Source: Podarcis vaucheri (lineage: Eukaryota). From it: a stretch of 64,000 nucleotides of DNA. The stretch is from assembly GCA_965113315.1 (NCBI GenBank), contig OZ220367.1; one strand, given 5' to 3'. The translations under genes were made by a program, and so were the position numbers. A model generated the notes under the pieces. The model was not told where the DNA came from. It ran no database searches and worked only from the letters and a program-made list of their open reading frames with translations. Shown in pieces: positions 11,570-26,316 of the stretch. Position 1 is the first letter of the stretch; every line of letters begins with the position of its first letter.

Positions 11570-13317
11570 CTAGAAATAAACAGAAAAAAGTATCAAAATG
11601 TGTTTTCTTTAGCTGCAACAAGCTAGGGGCTTTAAAGTTTTAATTCAATGGCTGTTTGAGAACACATTTTATGTATCTATTTCATCTCCAGAAATGCTTC
11701 CCAGGACCTCAAAACTACTCTTTTGTAGTCCCAATTTCAAAAACCAATTTGAGGATTTGGCAAGAGATCTCTTCAAAACACAAGTTGTTATTGCTATCAA
11801 GAACCCATTGCCTGCAATAGTACTGTAAAGTAACAAGCCGCTATGAACATGTAAAGGACACTCCTAAACAGATTGAGTTCATTTGAAGACAGCACCCCGT
11901 CCCAGCTTCGTAAGACTTATTGCTTCTCTGTTAACTACTTTAAATATCCTTTTCCTGTCTTATTAACTCCAATGACTTTGTTCAAATATTAACTTCATTT
12001 TGTATTGTTCAGTGGATGTGTCAATAAATATCTCAAGAAATTCCATGTTCAAAGCAAATATCCCTTCAGAACAGGTGTGGTTAAACTTGTTAACATGAGC
12101 AGGTGTCCAAGAATCATTTTAATTAAATAACGCAGGAGCTCCTGGGTGCCAGTTCTCTGTGGACACTGTGTACATGCCATTTGCAATCTGTATCTCATTT
12201 GACACTAACAAGTCTCAGAGATACTGAGCATTGGCAACTCTCTGAATGATTCTTTAAAACTAAACAGAGGTACACAGTCCATTCATGTAACAATTGCATG
12301 CAACTATTGCATGATATTGCTTAAGTCATCCACACCATCAGCAAACAGAAATCTCAAGTGATGCAACTGAAACAAAGATAGGATCAACAAGTCATGATCA
12401 TGTCCATGTTTAATATCTAAGTCGGTAGAGTTCAGTCTTTCTAGTGTCAATGACTTGTTTCTGTGTTGATCAATGTGCTGTGATTTTGTTACCTACAAAA
12501 CAGTTTGCACTACAGAGGATTTGGGGTTGTGTTCTAGGGTACAATTTTAACTCCTGCAGTTTCAGGAGTTTGCAAGAAGATTTGCAAGAAGCAAGTGGGA
12601 GCAGCAGACAAGTTGTCTTTAGGTTGCTTTGTTTTTGTTTTATTATGTATTTTGTGTTTTCATTTTGTATTTTTATGTTGTGAACTGCCCTGAGATCTGT
12701 GGATCAAGGGCAGTATATTAATGTAATAAACAAACTTTTTTTTACTGACAATTTCACCATCAATCCTTGATAAAAGCTTCCTCAGTGTGAAAATGGCTGA
12801 CTGGGTTCTTAACAATGAGCTGTGCATCTTTGACTTATCTCTGGTGCTATTCTATGGTGGGTACTAATCTGTTCTGAATAACAGGAGGCAGATTATACTC
12901 AAGATGTTTCTGGATATTTTCAGAACCACCTCTCCAAGTCAGCAGATGATTAAAAAAAAAAAAATTCAACAAAAACAGAACACATGCTGGAAACCTATAG
13001 GGAGTCAGATATACCTTCACTGTTTGAAATGTTAGTTCTGTTTCCTTCACTGGGGATTGTATTGACTTCGTCTGCTAGAGGATGTTCAGCTTCCTAGGTT
13101 TCATAATTAGGATTTTTAGGAAGAGGTCTGCTGGTATAACTCCTTTGCTTGACACCACGGAATTAACTTTCTTTTAAGGGTAGAAATTATGACATGTGCT
13201 CCTCCCATTTGAACAGAAATGAAGTTTCTTGGTCTTGTATTGAAGAGCATGTAGCAGTGTTGGTATTCTCCGATAACTCAATACTCTACAGGTGTGGGAG
13301 AGGAGACCTTGAAATTT

Positions 13318-13501
13318 AAGATTCAGGTAGGTAGCCGTGTGGTCTGACGCAGTCGAAATAAATAAAAAAATTAAAATATTGTCCAGTAGCACCTTAGAGA
13401 CCAACTAAGTTTGTTCTGGGTATAAGCTTTTGTGTGCATGCATAAAGAAAGCTTATACGCAGAACAAACTTAGTTGGTCTCTAAGGTGCTACTGGACAAA
13501 A
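13318..13501 (-). mobile_element. Penelope-like element fragment with inverted (foldback) end
   Basis: Same sequence as 10453-10591, then about 50 bp repeated in inverted orientation; ttgaaattt direct repeats 13309-13317 and 13502-13510. Confidence 0.75.
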
Positions 13502-15226
13502 TTGAAATTTGTGATAGTCTGTTTTGGTCAAAAAATAGCATCTAGGGGCAGAATTTATCATATTTAGACCTACCAGGCATACATTTCCAAATTATCTGCC
13601 TGGCTTGCTCAGTATTTATTCCTACATATTTCCCCTTTATCATGCTAAATTAGTACAAACATTTTTACAGTAGTAGAAATCTCAAGAATCTTTAGAGGAG
13701 TCAACAAAATTGGCCACGTTTGGCAGAAGCAGAAAAACATCTGATGGCCAGGGAAGCAGAAATCCTAACAGACATTTCAGGTACATCTTTTGAACAGCCT
13801 GTCTCCTGTTTGTCAGAGTGGATTACCGCCCTTTATCTAATGACACTAGAGATAACAGCAAGGACCTTGGATTTAGATAAAACAGAAAGAGGAGAAAGAG
13901 GGAGCTAGTAAGAAAAGAAAGGCAAAACAGAATATGATCAAGTGAAATGTCCTAAGTCCAGTCCATAAGAAATTAGACATTACAGCTGCATTTATTTCTA
14001 TGCATTTCCCCCAATTCCCCCTCTTTATCTTCCTAACTTATTACAAACATTAAAAAATGGCAAATTAGCATCTAATTGAAACACCAAGGTGCAAGCACAC
14101 ACATTTTATGTGCATTTCAGACCACCTGCCTGTTTCCTATGGGCAGAATCCGAGGCTGTACTCACTTCTTTCTCCTTCCCGTTGCAGTCCCAAGTGGCCT
14201 CAAAATCTGCTCTGCAGAGCCCAACCCTCCAGAGCACATTTTGAGGGTGCATGGAAGGCTTCAGAGGACAGTGAAGTCCCTCTGCACATGTGGAAGCCTG
14301 TTCTGCGCATATAGACAACTCTAGATACAACTCTATGTAGCCACACCATTAAATGCCACAAATTATGATCAGATGGAACTTATTCCAGTTTATTAACACT
14401 GGAAGCAAAATGTTAACGAATTCCATTGCTGTAAAACAATTCTTCACAGTCCTGAGATAATTCAAAAGTGACTGCCTAGAGATATCCTGATGTGACCTTC
14501 GCTGCTGCAGTTCTAGACTTCAGATATTAAATGTTTCAGTGGCTTTAAATAAATGATTGCAAAGCTGCTTCCCCTCTACCTCAAAGTGCTTGGAATATTA
14601 AATGCCTAATTCTGCTACTTCAGTGCTAAGTCCTAAAGCTTCAATATTAATTGTTCGGGTGGGATTCAGGTGATAGCTGTAGCACTCAAGGGAATAGAAA
14701 TACAAAGAAAAGAAGCAATTTGTTCTCAACCACCCTTTTAAGAAGCATCTGTAGCATTTGTGATTATATCCATTAATCCCTGTGATGTAAGGAAATATAT
14801 TACAGATAAGGGGGTGGGAATCCCATCTGCCAGCAATGTTCTAAATCTATTTTAGACTTTTAAGTTTGGAATCAAATCAGTGTTACACTAGTGTTGCAAC
14901 AATGAATATAACTGATTTGACCCTTTCTGGAAACAGGAAGATCATTATATTGCTGTAAATATTCCCCTAATGAACACACTAAAGTCTAGTTTAAGCAAGG
15001 GAAAGAAACTTTTCTGATGTTTTTAAAGAATTACATGCCTTGATTGGGTGCATGCAAGTTATTTCCCTGACACCCCAATCCAAAACATATGTATCTCAGA
15101 AGTTCCACATAGTTTTATGCAGCTTACTCCCAAGTAAGCATGCCTGGAATTGGAAGGAAAACTAGATGAAAATGAGACGTAAGGGATGCAACTTGTGCAT
15201 TAAGCACTGGATCTGTCAAGAGTTTT

Positions 15227-15588
15227 TGTCAGGCTCCAACACCTTGCCCTCCTGACCAGCCGGCAGCATCTTTGGCAAGAGTTGCACACTAACTTATGTT
15301 ATCCCGAAGTGTCATCCCGGTTGCATTACAAGCTCCACCAGCTGACACTGTACCGCATTAGATGACTAGGGGGATCAATGCAACTCTATCTGGCTCTATA
15401 AAGCCTCAGCCTCAGGGCCTGTTCTTCAGTCTGAGCAACTTGTCTCCTTGTAAGCAGATCCGGTCAGGCTGACCTCCTACTAACCAACTGCCCTTGCCGG
15501 AACTTTTGTCCGCCTGAGACCATGATGCTTTTCTTTGGCTCCCTGCCTTGCAAACAATTTGTTCCTTCTTGTTTTGGGGGTTCTGATA
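15227..15588 (+). mobile_element. Possible solo LTR
   Basis: tgtcag...ctgata termini, internal ctataaa, GC-richer than flanks; no clear TSD. Confidence 0.3.
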
Positions 15589-18500
15589 CTGGTTCCGCTT
15601 CAGAATCTGAGCATTAACTTTAGATATATGTGGTAAACACAGCTACTAAGGAGCCAGTTGAAAAACTGCATGGCCTATTTATACAAATTATTGACCCCAA
15701 TCCTCCCTTTGTTTATAAATTGCTCTCATTGTGCCTTTACCATGCATCAGATATTATATTGGGCCAAATCACACTCTGATTTCTAGCAGAAGATGCATAA
15801 AACCCATGCTACTTCTAATTATCTCCCCAAAGCCTGTCTTCATTTACAATAAACACTTTCATCTGAGAGATTCCTCTGACAAGGGAACACTTCTGTAAGC
15901 TATATTAGTACATCTAAAGCAGTAAAATAGCAAATTCCTTTATAACTGTTGCTCTCTCCCCACACTAATTCTCACTCAAAAGGCAGGCAGAAAGCAGCTT
16001 TTGGATGTCCTGATATTAGGATAGCAAGGCACTTACTATTTCAGATATTTTTCAGACATTACTACAACAGTCTTATCAAGTGAAGACAGCAGCTGACAGG
16101 CTGATTTCAATAAGAATACGTGAGTCCAGGGGGCAAGATGGCAACTAAAGTGTTGGAAAGACGTGGTTTATTCAACATTTTTTTTAAAAAAATTGCAAAT
16201 TGAAATTTACTTTTCAGTCCAAAGACTTTTAGAGTGCCTCAGCAGATGTCTAAAACAATAGCAGTCTTAAAAACTTTAAAACCAGGACAGCTGGAACTAC
16301 AGAATGTAAGCCTAAAAAGAAAAAAACATAGTCTAAAAGGCATGAGCACATAAGGTCTTCACCTGGTGCTGAAAGAACATCTAAGCTGGCACCAGGCAAG
16401 CTGCCTTGGGGAGAACATCCCAAAGCCAGGGCACAATAGCAGCCAAGGCCCTACCTCTAATAATAATGGGGCTCATAAATTTACACCGGAAAGTAGGGGT
16501 GGCCAACCATTTTTGGGCCAATGGCTGCAATTACCTTTGGCCAACCACTTGGGGTGGGTCACCCCCCAAAAAAAACCCCAATCCCATCCTCAGCGATCTA
16601 TGCAGATGAGAAGGGAGGAGAAGATTGGAATCTCCACTGTAGTGCTGGGAAGAGAGGGTTAGACTTCTCCTGCCAGCCTAGTATTCTGGTGCAGATATAA
16701 ATCATTCCTTCCCTGCTCATCCAATTTGTCTGATGAGCAGGGACAGGGTGATTTGAACCTCCAATGAAGTGCTTCTCCCAGCCCAGCACAATAACTCCTT
16801 TTTTCTTTTGCCATTGCCAGAATCAGTGTGGTTGGAAGGAAAGCACACAGAAGAAACTACTTGGCAGGATGTGTCAGGCCTTCAGAATAGGGGCTTCCTG
16901 CAGTACAGCAAAACTGAAGAGGGATATGAGAATAGTAACATCAACAATATGTTCTGACAAGTAGTTACTGAAGCTGGACATTCCAGATACACTTCATTGC
17001 AATTAGTGAGCAAACAAGTATGAAAAGGAGAAATATTGTTTTCGGATTGACCATGTTAAAATTAAATAACATCTGATAACATTCAAAAATCATGTTGCAA
17101 TTATGGCTCTTTGCTACAGGCATAAAACTAATCATTCCCTCAGTGACCAAGACCAGGACTTTCAAGCATCAATAACAATAATAAGCAAACTGCCAGCCTA
17201 TGGGAAGAGAGAAAATCAAGGCTCTCTAGTGCCGTGTCCTAGCAAAGAACTCCTCTGGACTCAACCACAATTAAGCTGGGAATCCTTAGGGGCCTACTTC
17301 CAAGTAATATATCTAGGAAACAAGTGCAACATCAACTTTTATGTTCAACTGAAGTCTGTGGCATACAAGGCTTTTAAAGAGAGTGTTGCATGTTCCAGTA
17401 ACAATGACAGAAGATAGAAGCTTTGCAGTTACTCTTTTAGCATGGGATGGGGTTTAAATATGCATTGTCATATCTTCTATCTGCAAATTAATCTAGGCAC
17501 ACTTTGAAAATGAACAGAAGGTATATCAACAGAAACTAATAAACCTGAAAAATCAAAGGCATTTGCAGACACAGCTGAGAACAAAATATGTCTATCCCAT
17601 CTTTGGAAAACAGATCACAACATATCACAAAATCAGTACTGTAGGTTTTACAAATGTGCCCAATGAATTCACTTAAGTGTACATTTTCATTATAAGAGAG
17701 CAACAAAACACACCCTGGAGTCTTAACACATCAGACCATTTGGGCAGATTAATGTTTTTAAAAGGCAGAATCAGAAACCTTTCTTTTAATTAGATGTGCA
17801 AGTGTATTAATGCAACTACAAGGACACATAATCCTTGAATCCTTTTCACCTTGCACATAATTGCCATTAAATCCTGTATTTTATAAAATGTGAAATTCAA
17901 TATCAACTTGTACCTGCTGAACAGCTGCACAATTTGGCAGAAGCCATGCTACACTCTCAGAACAAAAAATATGCCACCACCACGATGACAGATGTACCAG
18001 TGCAATTTTTCTGCCCGTGAAGATGGACGGAGTTGTCAGTGGCATAAGAGAAGAACATTAGTACTTACATTGTCTTATAATCTTAAAATATCATGACCAC
18101 ACCCCCATTTATGGTGAAGTTTTAGACTAGACCTAGAGCTATTGACACAGAATTTCCTTTCTATTGACCGTCCAGACCACAACAGAGCATAAGGAATGGT
18201 GTGATCAATCACAGCATAGAACTACCAGTATATAAACCCTGGACAGGGAGACCATAACTCAGACAGACAAGGTGCAGGCCTGGGGTTGTACAGAGAGAGT
18301 TCCACTTCATTAGCAACAGCAGTGATGAGGCTCCTCCTAGCTGTTCCTCTGTAAGAATATCAACCTATTTGTTCCAGGCATGGCTGCTGTATCTTTTGTT
18401 CCTACCATGGAACAGAGTGCCATCATGGACACTGCAGCTGATATTCAGCTACATTTCAAGCAATGGCCCAAGGTACAAGAGTCCTGGTGGGCTGACTTGT

Positions 18501-19380
18501 TGGAAACCCTAAACATGTGTACTTCTTCAGAATCACCTCCATTTTGGAGGCTGTTCAATAAAGGGTTATGACTGTGCCACATTTGTTGCTATGGTGTTGT
18601 AGATGGGGATCCCTTTCTCACACTCTAGAAGGCTATGGCTTCATTTGGCTTTGGAATGACACTATAAGGTGGGGAGATGGTGTCAATATGCTTGATGGGC
18701 TCAGGACAGTGGTCCCATCTCTCTACTCATTCAGGTTCCCTGGACTGAGATGGAGGCAGGATTTTCAAGGTACACAAGTGCATAGCTGTTGCCACCAGGA
18801 TGTTAGAGGGAGGGATACTGAAGGGGAGAAGGGCCGAATCTGAGTGGCCACAAGGCAACATGACACCTTCATGTTGCCTATGTGACCCTGAAATGAGATT
18901 GCCATAGAAGGAAGCTATTTTGTTTTTAAAAATGGTGCTAAAGCTGCAAATCAGAGACAGCAAACAGCACATGTAAAAGGTAAACAAAAAGATATGTTGT
19001 CGAACATTTCACTGAAAACTCTGTTTTGCCCCTCAAAACATCACAGAGAGAAATACGGCAAAGTGCTATTAAAAAATCTATGTGGAGGAGTGGAAATAAC
19101 TTTAAAGCTTTTATAATCCAACACATTGGCTTGCCCTCTTACATTTGACTTTTCTTCTTTGGTTTGTTCTTCTGTGCTTGCTTGCTATTGCCTCAGTGTG
19201 TGTTACATAAATTCTTTGATGCAACAAGTGTGGCTTTTCCAAGTTACATAATGCCTTGTGAAATGAACGGTAAAAACCTCACTCGCATATTTGCTGCTAG
19301 GAAGTAGACTTTCAGTGTGAGCAAGAGAGTAGAGGAGTGTCATAGCCAATGATATGGTGCAAACAATTAGCACAGCATAC

Positions 19381-19479
19381 CTGGCAGCCAGGATCAAGGT
19401 CCATCTTTCTTCTGAGAAATTTCTCCACATGTCCAATTGTTGCCTCTCCTGAAACCCGTACAAACTTCTTTTCCAGTGG
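19381..19479 (-). CDS. PCGF6: PCGF6 exon 8 (RAWUL domain)
   Basis: [33 protein letters not shown]. Confidence 0.96.
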
Positions 19480-20376
19480 CTGGAAGGAGGAAACAGATTT
19501 CATACTGTAAGGCTGTTCAGTAATGAAGGGGGCAATTCTAATCAGGTTCTTTAACAAAGACTTTATCCCATATTGTTGTTATTATTATTATATGAAACCA
19601 GTAAGTCATTTTCACAAATTTCCCCCTTAAACAGCTTTTTTTCAGCAGTAAGATGGTGTTGTTCAGCTGCAACCCACAGTTCCACTATTTTTCCTCTTCC
19701 ACCCACAATCTCACTGCACATGCATCTTGTGTATTTAGTTCTTCTTCCCATAAGCTAAAGGAGGCATAGATGGTTCTCCATGTTATCCTCACTACAAGGC
19801 CATGAGTTAGGCTAGGCTGAGAGCTAGCAATAGGTTCAAGGGTCCCAGTGAGCTTCATGGCTGAGTGGTAATTTGAAGCTGGATTGTCTCAGTCTGAGGT
19901 GGTAATCACTACACCACATTGGCTCTCAAATACATATATGTACCATTTTTATTTATTTCTTTACAAATTTCTACCCTTCACAGATAGCTCACAGACATAA
20001 TTAAAAACATGATGTTCTGGGCATTGTTTAATCACTAGCCCATTTCTATAGAATACAGTCTAGTTGCTCACTCTTTAAAACAGGAGCGACTAACCTGTAA
20101 CTCTTCAGATGTTGTTTGACTGGAGCATCGGAAAGGCTACAGGCTGGTCACCATGCTTCAGAGGCAGTCATAATGTCCAGTGTGCCTGGTCCCTCAAACT
20201 AAAATATTACATCCCTGCCTTTGCAACATTCCTTTATCTTTATAAATTACGGATTTGCAAAAAAGCAGTATATACTCCAGGACAGAATTATTGGCTTTCT
20301 CAATGCAACATTTAGTTTTACTTATGCATGCCATAACAATGAACCAAAGGAAGATAAATTTCAGCAGTATTTGTAC

Positions 20377-20404
20377 CTTAAATTTCCCAGACAGATCGTT
20401 AGCT
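20377..20404 (-). CDS. PCGF6: PCGF6 exon 7 (28-bp micro-exon)
   Basis: (G)ANDLSGKFK; pyrimidine tract plus CAG, AAG|GTACAA donor; supplies the needed phase 2 to 0 bridge. Confidence 0.88.
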
Positions 20405-22466
20405 CTGAAAGAAAAAGAGAATTAACATAATAAATAAGTCTGAGCTACATCTGGATTTGCAGGCTCAAACTGCTAAATCAATACAATGTCATTAGTTACA
20501 GAGTTTTTCTGTGATATATGTGTGTGTAATTTATATGCTCATCAGGTCCTTGGATTATGCTTGGAAGCTTAGAATATTACCAGTTATTGTCATTATCATA
20601 ATCTCCTGTTAAAGGCAGGCAGCAGCACTCACCACAAGTTGTAGCAATTAGACAGGCTTCAAAAGTAGTGAAAGGAAAAACTGTAGTAGTTGATTCAAGT
20701 AGTTCCTAAGGCATGCACCACAGGGGTAAGTTTCCTATCTTCAAGGAAGGGGAACCATTTTCTGAATCAGATGCAACCCATAAGAAAAAACTATCATCAC
20801 AGAAGTTCCTTAGACTGGATTCAGGAACAACCCTAATTACCAAGCCTGCTTAGAGAGTGTGGATGACCCTACCAGGAAGACCCAAGGTCACCTCGTTTAA
20901 GTCAAGCAGGTCTTTAATCACCACCATTTCAATTCCATCTGCACTCCATAGTTAATCCTCATCCAGTCTGGTACAGCATTTAGATACTGCTTTACACTTG
21001 CTGTTGCTGCTCTGCTGAGAATGCATATTGGTGTAATTAGAATACTAATAACACCATTCCTCAAGTTTGAGATTATTTCACCACATATTTCAAATATATT
21101 TTAGATCAGCGCATTTTGAGAATTGGTCTCAAAAGAAGACAATGGCCCAGTTCAGACAAACATATATTGGCTTCATAAGCACAAATAAGCAGTTTAATAT
21201 CCTGGCTTGCTTTGATCCTGGTAGGCACAAGCTTCCTGGTTCAGGAGAAACTGGAAACTATTGAACTAGGCCAATGTATTTAAAATATACATGCATATTT
21301 TTAAAAGCCTCAATGACAAACTGCTTTCTTTATACTGACATAGAAACAAATAGAATTACAGCCACTGTATTACCTTTATATTGAAGAATTCTGTATTAGG
21401 AAAAACAGTGAGCTTGACTTTAGTAGAACTAACCATGTAATTTAAGTCTACCTTTAGACATCAATCTAAAAGGTATATAGTGTGCAAGATTGGGTGCTGA
21501 GCAGAACAATCATATGCACAATCAGCTGTCAAATTGCATTTCAGAGGATTGACTGCTTTTCCTTTAGATACATGGAGACAAATTCACTCGCAGACAAGAA
21601 TTTTATCTTTCAAAAAACTGTAAGTCTACTCTTTATCTTCATGAATGTCTAAAAGGTTAACAAAGACAGATGGAAAAACCATGTTATTTCCAAGGCAGAA
21701 GATATCACAGTTTTTCCATTCCTAGGATTGGGGTCTCTGATACCCTTTTACTACCATAGGAAGGACTAGACCATTTCAAGATATAAACTGAATGATATGG
21801 AAGAGGTAATAAACAAAATTGCTCCCAGAAAATGACAAAATGTAAAACAAAACAAAACATGTAACAGATATACATATACTACTACGACAACAACTATTGG
21901 TAATTAAATTTGTAAACAACCCTTCATCCGTAGATCTCAGGGCAGTTCACAACATTAGAAGTTGCTCATTAAAACTACTGTTAACTGGCACACACACCAT
22001 TACAAACAGCAATTCTGAACCAGGGTGGTGCTGGATTAAGGCCCACTGAGACCCACGATCAGCACAGATGCTCCCTGAGCCTAACCTACCTCAGAGGATT
22101 GTTGTAAGAATAAAACGGGGGAGGGACTTAAGGAGAACCACCTATAGTATTCAAAATGATTTTTGACTTATTGGATTTTTCTTTTTATAAGTGCTAAAAC
22201 TAAGGTTGCAATAGTTTATACTAAACATTACAAGTGTCTCTTTTAAAAAAGGGGGGAAAGTACAGATCACCATTCTTTTAGACGACAGTATCCAACATGA
22301 CGCCCTCAAGAAGTTTGAGTCTACAACCAACCTCTACCATTGACCTGGCAACTTTGTTGGATGCAAAATAAATATGTTAAATTAGAGAAAAACTATTACT
22401 GCACATGCCCAGAAACACATTGGCTTGTCTTTTAGAAATAATCACTTCAGTGTTTGCCAGTTGTCA

Positions 22467-22480
22467 CTGCCACCTAGTGG
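22467..22480 (-). promoter_or_regulatory. CTCF consensus site in PCGF6 intron 6
   Basis: CCACTAGGTGGCAG on the minus strand. Confidence 0.6.
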
Positions 22481-22947
22481 TTAAAAACAGGCAAAGAAGG
22501 TTAGGCACCCCAAGTTACAGAACGCTTGGTCGGGCACAGTTTGATTAAATAGAACTGTCTTTACACATGCTGTACGCTTCATCAGAAAAGGTATAATGAG
22601 AGTTCTACATGTGCCTACTATAGAAAATTGCAGTCTGTTTCTGTAAGAACTGAACTTTTATTCAATAAATCAATCTGTAGAGATAAGAAAACCTTTCAGA
22701 ACAGTTCAGAAATTCAAGATGAATCTACATCCATTGGGAAAGAAGAGATGGTTTTTGTAAGCCAAGAGTTCTACAAATAGAATTGCTAATCTGAATGTCT
22801 TCCATTAGCTCTCGATCTAATTACTGAAACAAAAAAAAGCTAATGTTGCAACTGAATGCCAAGGCCAACATATCCTTTTACGTCCATGTCTTTAAAACAC
22901 TACTTGTAAGTTAAAACTCAATCTACTAAAAGTCTGCTTTTACTTAC

Positions 22948-23056
22948 CCAATGAACTCGAGGAGTAGTGACATGTCAAGCTCTGGAGGGATACGGAAAAC
23001 TGAGCCTACAACTTTACGGGGCCTCCCCCTGGCTATAGCAATTGGCTGTGGAACAG
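22948..23056 (-). CDS. PCGF6: PCGF6 exon 6
   Basis: (A)[35 protein letters not shown]; AG/GTAAGT. Confidence 0.94.
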
Positions 23057-23540
23057 CTAGGATAGTAGAAGAAAAACAAAACTAGAAAGCAAAGAATATA
23101 TTTCCCACCTACAACAGGATACATGATGAAATAACAAGTTGCATAGACTTGTAACTTAGTTCAGAAATGCACTGCCTAATTCCTATTGGGGCTATTTAAA
23201 TGTTTTTACTAACTCAAGAGCGACAACACTTTTTTCTGTGATTAATGTAGCATTTTGTTACAATTTTTTAACCCACATTTTCTTCCAACCCACTGGCCTG
23301 GTTCACATGACATGGTAAGCCAAACCATGCTTACATGGATTATAATTATTACATGAGCTGCTGGAGAAAGGAGCTTGCAACCACTTTGTTCCTTCCCAAT
23401 CTTTTTTACTTCTGTGCTATGCTGAGCTAAGCCAAGGTTTGGCTTAGCATGTCATCCAAACTGGGCCTTGTGTTTTAGATCTTATCTTACTAAACCACAA
23501 GCTATAGCCAAGAACCTATAGTTAACACAACGCAAGTAGC

Positions 23541-23832
23541 TGTCACAAGGAAGATGGAGCAAGCTTGTTTTCTTCTGCTCTGGAGGCTAGGACCTGAACC
23601 AATGGATTCAAGTTAAAAGAAAGGAGATTCTGACTAAACATCAGGAAGAACTTTCTGCCAGTAAGACCTGTTCGACAGTGGGACAGTCTTTCTTGGAACT
23701 CTCCTTCCTTGGAGGCTTTTAAACAGAGGTTGGCTGGCCATCTCCCTGTCATGGATGCTTTAGTTGAGATTCCTGTATTACAGGGAGTTGGACTAGACTC
23801 TCAGGGTCCCTTCCAATTCTGATTCTATGATA
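23541..23832 (+). mobile_element. CR1 LINE 3' end
   Basis: CR1 ORF2 end (ctaaacatcaggaagaactttctg) and tail gggtcccttccaattctgattctatgat. Confidence 0.8.
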
Positions 23833-24640
23833 CAGCATGAGCACAGTTCTCTGCCATTTTAACAAGAATCACTGTTAACTTAGTAACTGGCTACTAAGCC
23901 AAAGTTATCGGTGGATGCAAGTATTCTCCTATATTAGATGAATTTGAACAGGCCTTGATGTTGTCATAAATGCACAGGAAGAGTTCATAAGCAATGGATA
24001 TCCCAAATTCCCAAAGGGTGCCACAGACAAGAAAGTGGCCACAATTGCTATGATGGTCTGATCTAATCATATTTATTGTGCTGTGCATGCATGATCTAGT
24101 AACATCCCTTCTCTACTCTTCACTCTATTTTGAGCCTTAAAAACCCTAGCTGTCTTTCACAGACATGAACAAAATCACCACACAATTCTTCTTAGCAAAA
24201 AATGCTGACTACATAATTCATTTGTGAATATCACAACTCTAAACTGCCCTGCTATCTTATAGCACATTAATAAGAGAATCTTTAAACTAGTTAATTAAGC
24301 TTAATAATACTCTTGTGGGGCAGATAAGTTACTGTACTATTATTTTCATTCTGGTGGGGTGGGAAAAGGAAACATTAAACAGCTTAATCAAGTTCAATGA
24401 ACAATGACAATTGCTCAGTCAATTATCTGTCATCCTTCTAAATACTGTTACTAATTACACTGACCAACTTGGAACACGTTTCATGATCATACCCATGGGA
24501 CATCCCCTAGCATCAGCCTGACCATAGTCTGTGGTTAGAAAGCTGAGCTACCTGATCCACTGGAATAAAGCGGCATGACAATTCTTACATACATATTTTT
24601 CAATAGCAATGCTGCTACTATAGTTGTTATAAAAACTTAC

Positions 24641-24700
24641 CAGGCTTAGGTATTTCCAAACCTCTCTCTCGGTAGAAATCATGCATTTGCTTTTTCTCTC
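24641..24700 (-). CDS. PCGF6: PCGF6 exon 5
   Basis: (R)EKKQMHDFYRERGLEIPKP; AG/GTAAGT. Confidence 0.95.
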
Positions 24701-25070
24701 CTAAAAAATGCAATACAAAATATTTGGGCTTGCTCCACATAGAAAATACAATGCATAGATGTGTGCAGAATCCGTGGCTCTCAGTATGTTATTGGGCTCC
24801 AACCCCCTCCGGCTCCAGCCAGGAAGACGAACTATCAGGGATGATGAGAGTTGTAGTTCAACAACAGCTGGAGAGCACAGGTTCCCCCAACCCCAGTATA
24901 GATAGATTTTCTCAAACTAGTTGGTTGGAGATACAAAACAAAAAATCTAAAGAAACCATCATTATCATTCAGCAGGATTTTCATACATTTATAGTATTGT
25001 GTCATCTAAAGAGTCTTAAGTCAGCAAAAAGAGAGGAAAAGTCTTAAAACAGAAGCAGATAAGATATATA

Positions 25071-25402
25071 AGGTAAAGGTAAAGGGACCCCTGACCGTTA
25101 GGTCCAGTCACGGACGACTCTGGGGTTGCGGCGCTCATCTCGCTTTATTGGCCGAGGGAGTCAGCGTACAGCTTCCGGGTCATGTGGCCAGCATGACGAA
25201 GCCGCTTCTGGCGAAAGAGAGCAGCGCACGGAAACACCGTTTACCTTCCCACCGGAGCGGTACCTATTTATTTACTTGCACTTTGATGTGCTTTCGAACT
25301 GCTAGGTTGGCAGGAGCAGGGACGGAGCAACAGGAGCACACACCGTTACGGGGATTCGAACCGCCAACCTTCTGATCAGCAAGTTCTAGGCTCTGTGGTT
25401 TA
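25071..25402 (-). mobile_element. Sauria SINE
   Basis: (ACCTTT)n tail on the minus strand; reverse-complement match to 44874-45223. Confidence 0.9.
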
Positions 25403-26316
25403 ATATGAGATCTGAAATGCCCAATGCATTCTTCAAGGTAATTACATCTTTAAAAGTATATTAACACAATTCTAAGGCTTTGATTTTCCCCATCATCAAC
25501 ACCTCTTAGCTTATTGGTGTTATCTGCATTCCTTTCTGCATTCAAAATACAAGAGTTTTGTATTGCACAAAGCACTATGGCATTCATAAATTTAACTTGT
25601 CCCACTGGCACTGATTATGGTAGTCAAGCTGTGAGCACACTGGTCTACAAATGGCAGGTACAGTATATATTCATGAATTCAGTGAGAAGTGTTAGGGCCT
25701 TAAAAATATTAAAAAGATTCAGCAAGCCTTGACTTGATCCAGAGCTGACATTAAAAAAATAAATATTACACTTTAATGAAACTCAAACTTATTATGCAAG
25801 TGACACCCCCCCCCCGGCTTTTCTGTTTCTTAAATGTATTATTTTCAAGGCATGTGGAATGTTTTGACAAAGACTTTGAGGAAGGAACAAAAAGTATGGA
25901 AATAGAGGCTATGTGGGCTCTAGAGAGCGGCCACTAAATGACAGTGACCAGTAGGGGCAAATGGAAAGGAAGAGTGAAAAGGAAGGAGTCCCAGGTGGAA
26001 AAGGAACTATGCAGGTCAAAGAAACCAGCACTAGTAGGAATCAGACTCCTTTTTCCAGCCACTGTTCACAATATTTAAAGCTCTTCTCCACAACCAAAAT
26101 GCCTACAAGCCTTTTAAAATGAAAGCTGAGGATCTCAGATGGTTGTATGACAAACTACATGGCAGGGTTCATGCTTCTGCAGTCACAGAAAACAGACACA
26201 GCCCTTATATCAAGAACCAAGGCAATTTAGGAATTATCACCTAATTCACGGCTAACACATTCTCTGGTGAATCTTAATTTTTATAAATAGCACTGGGTCC
26301 AAAATAAAAGACTTAC

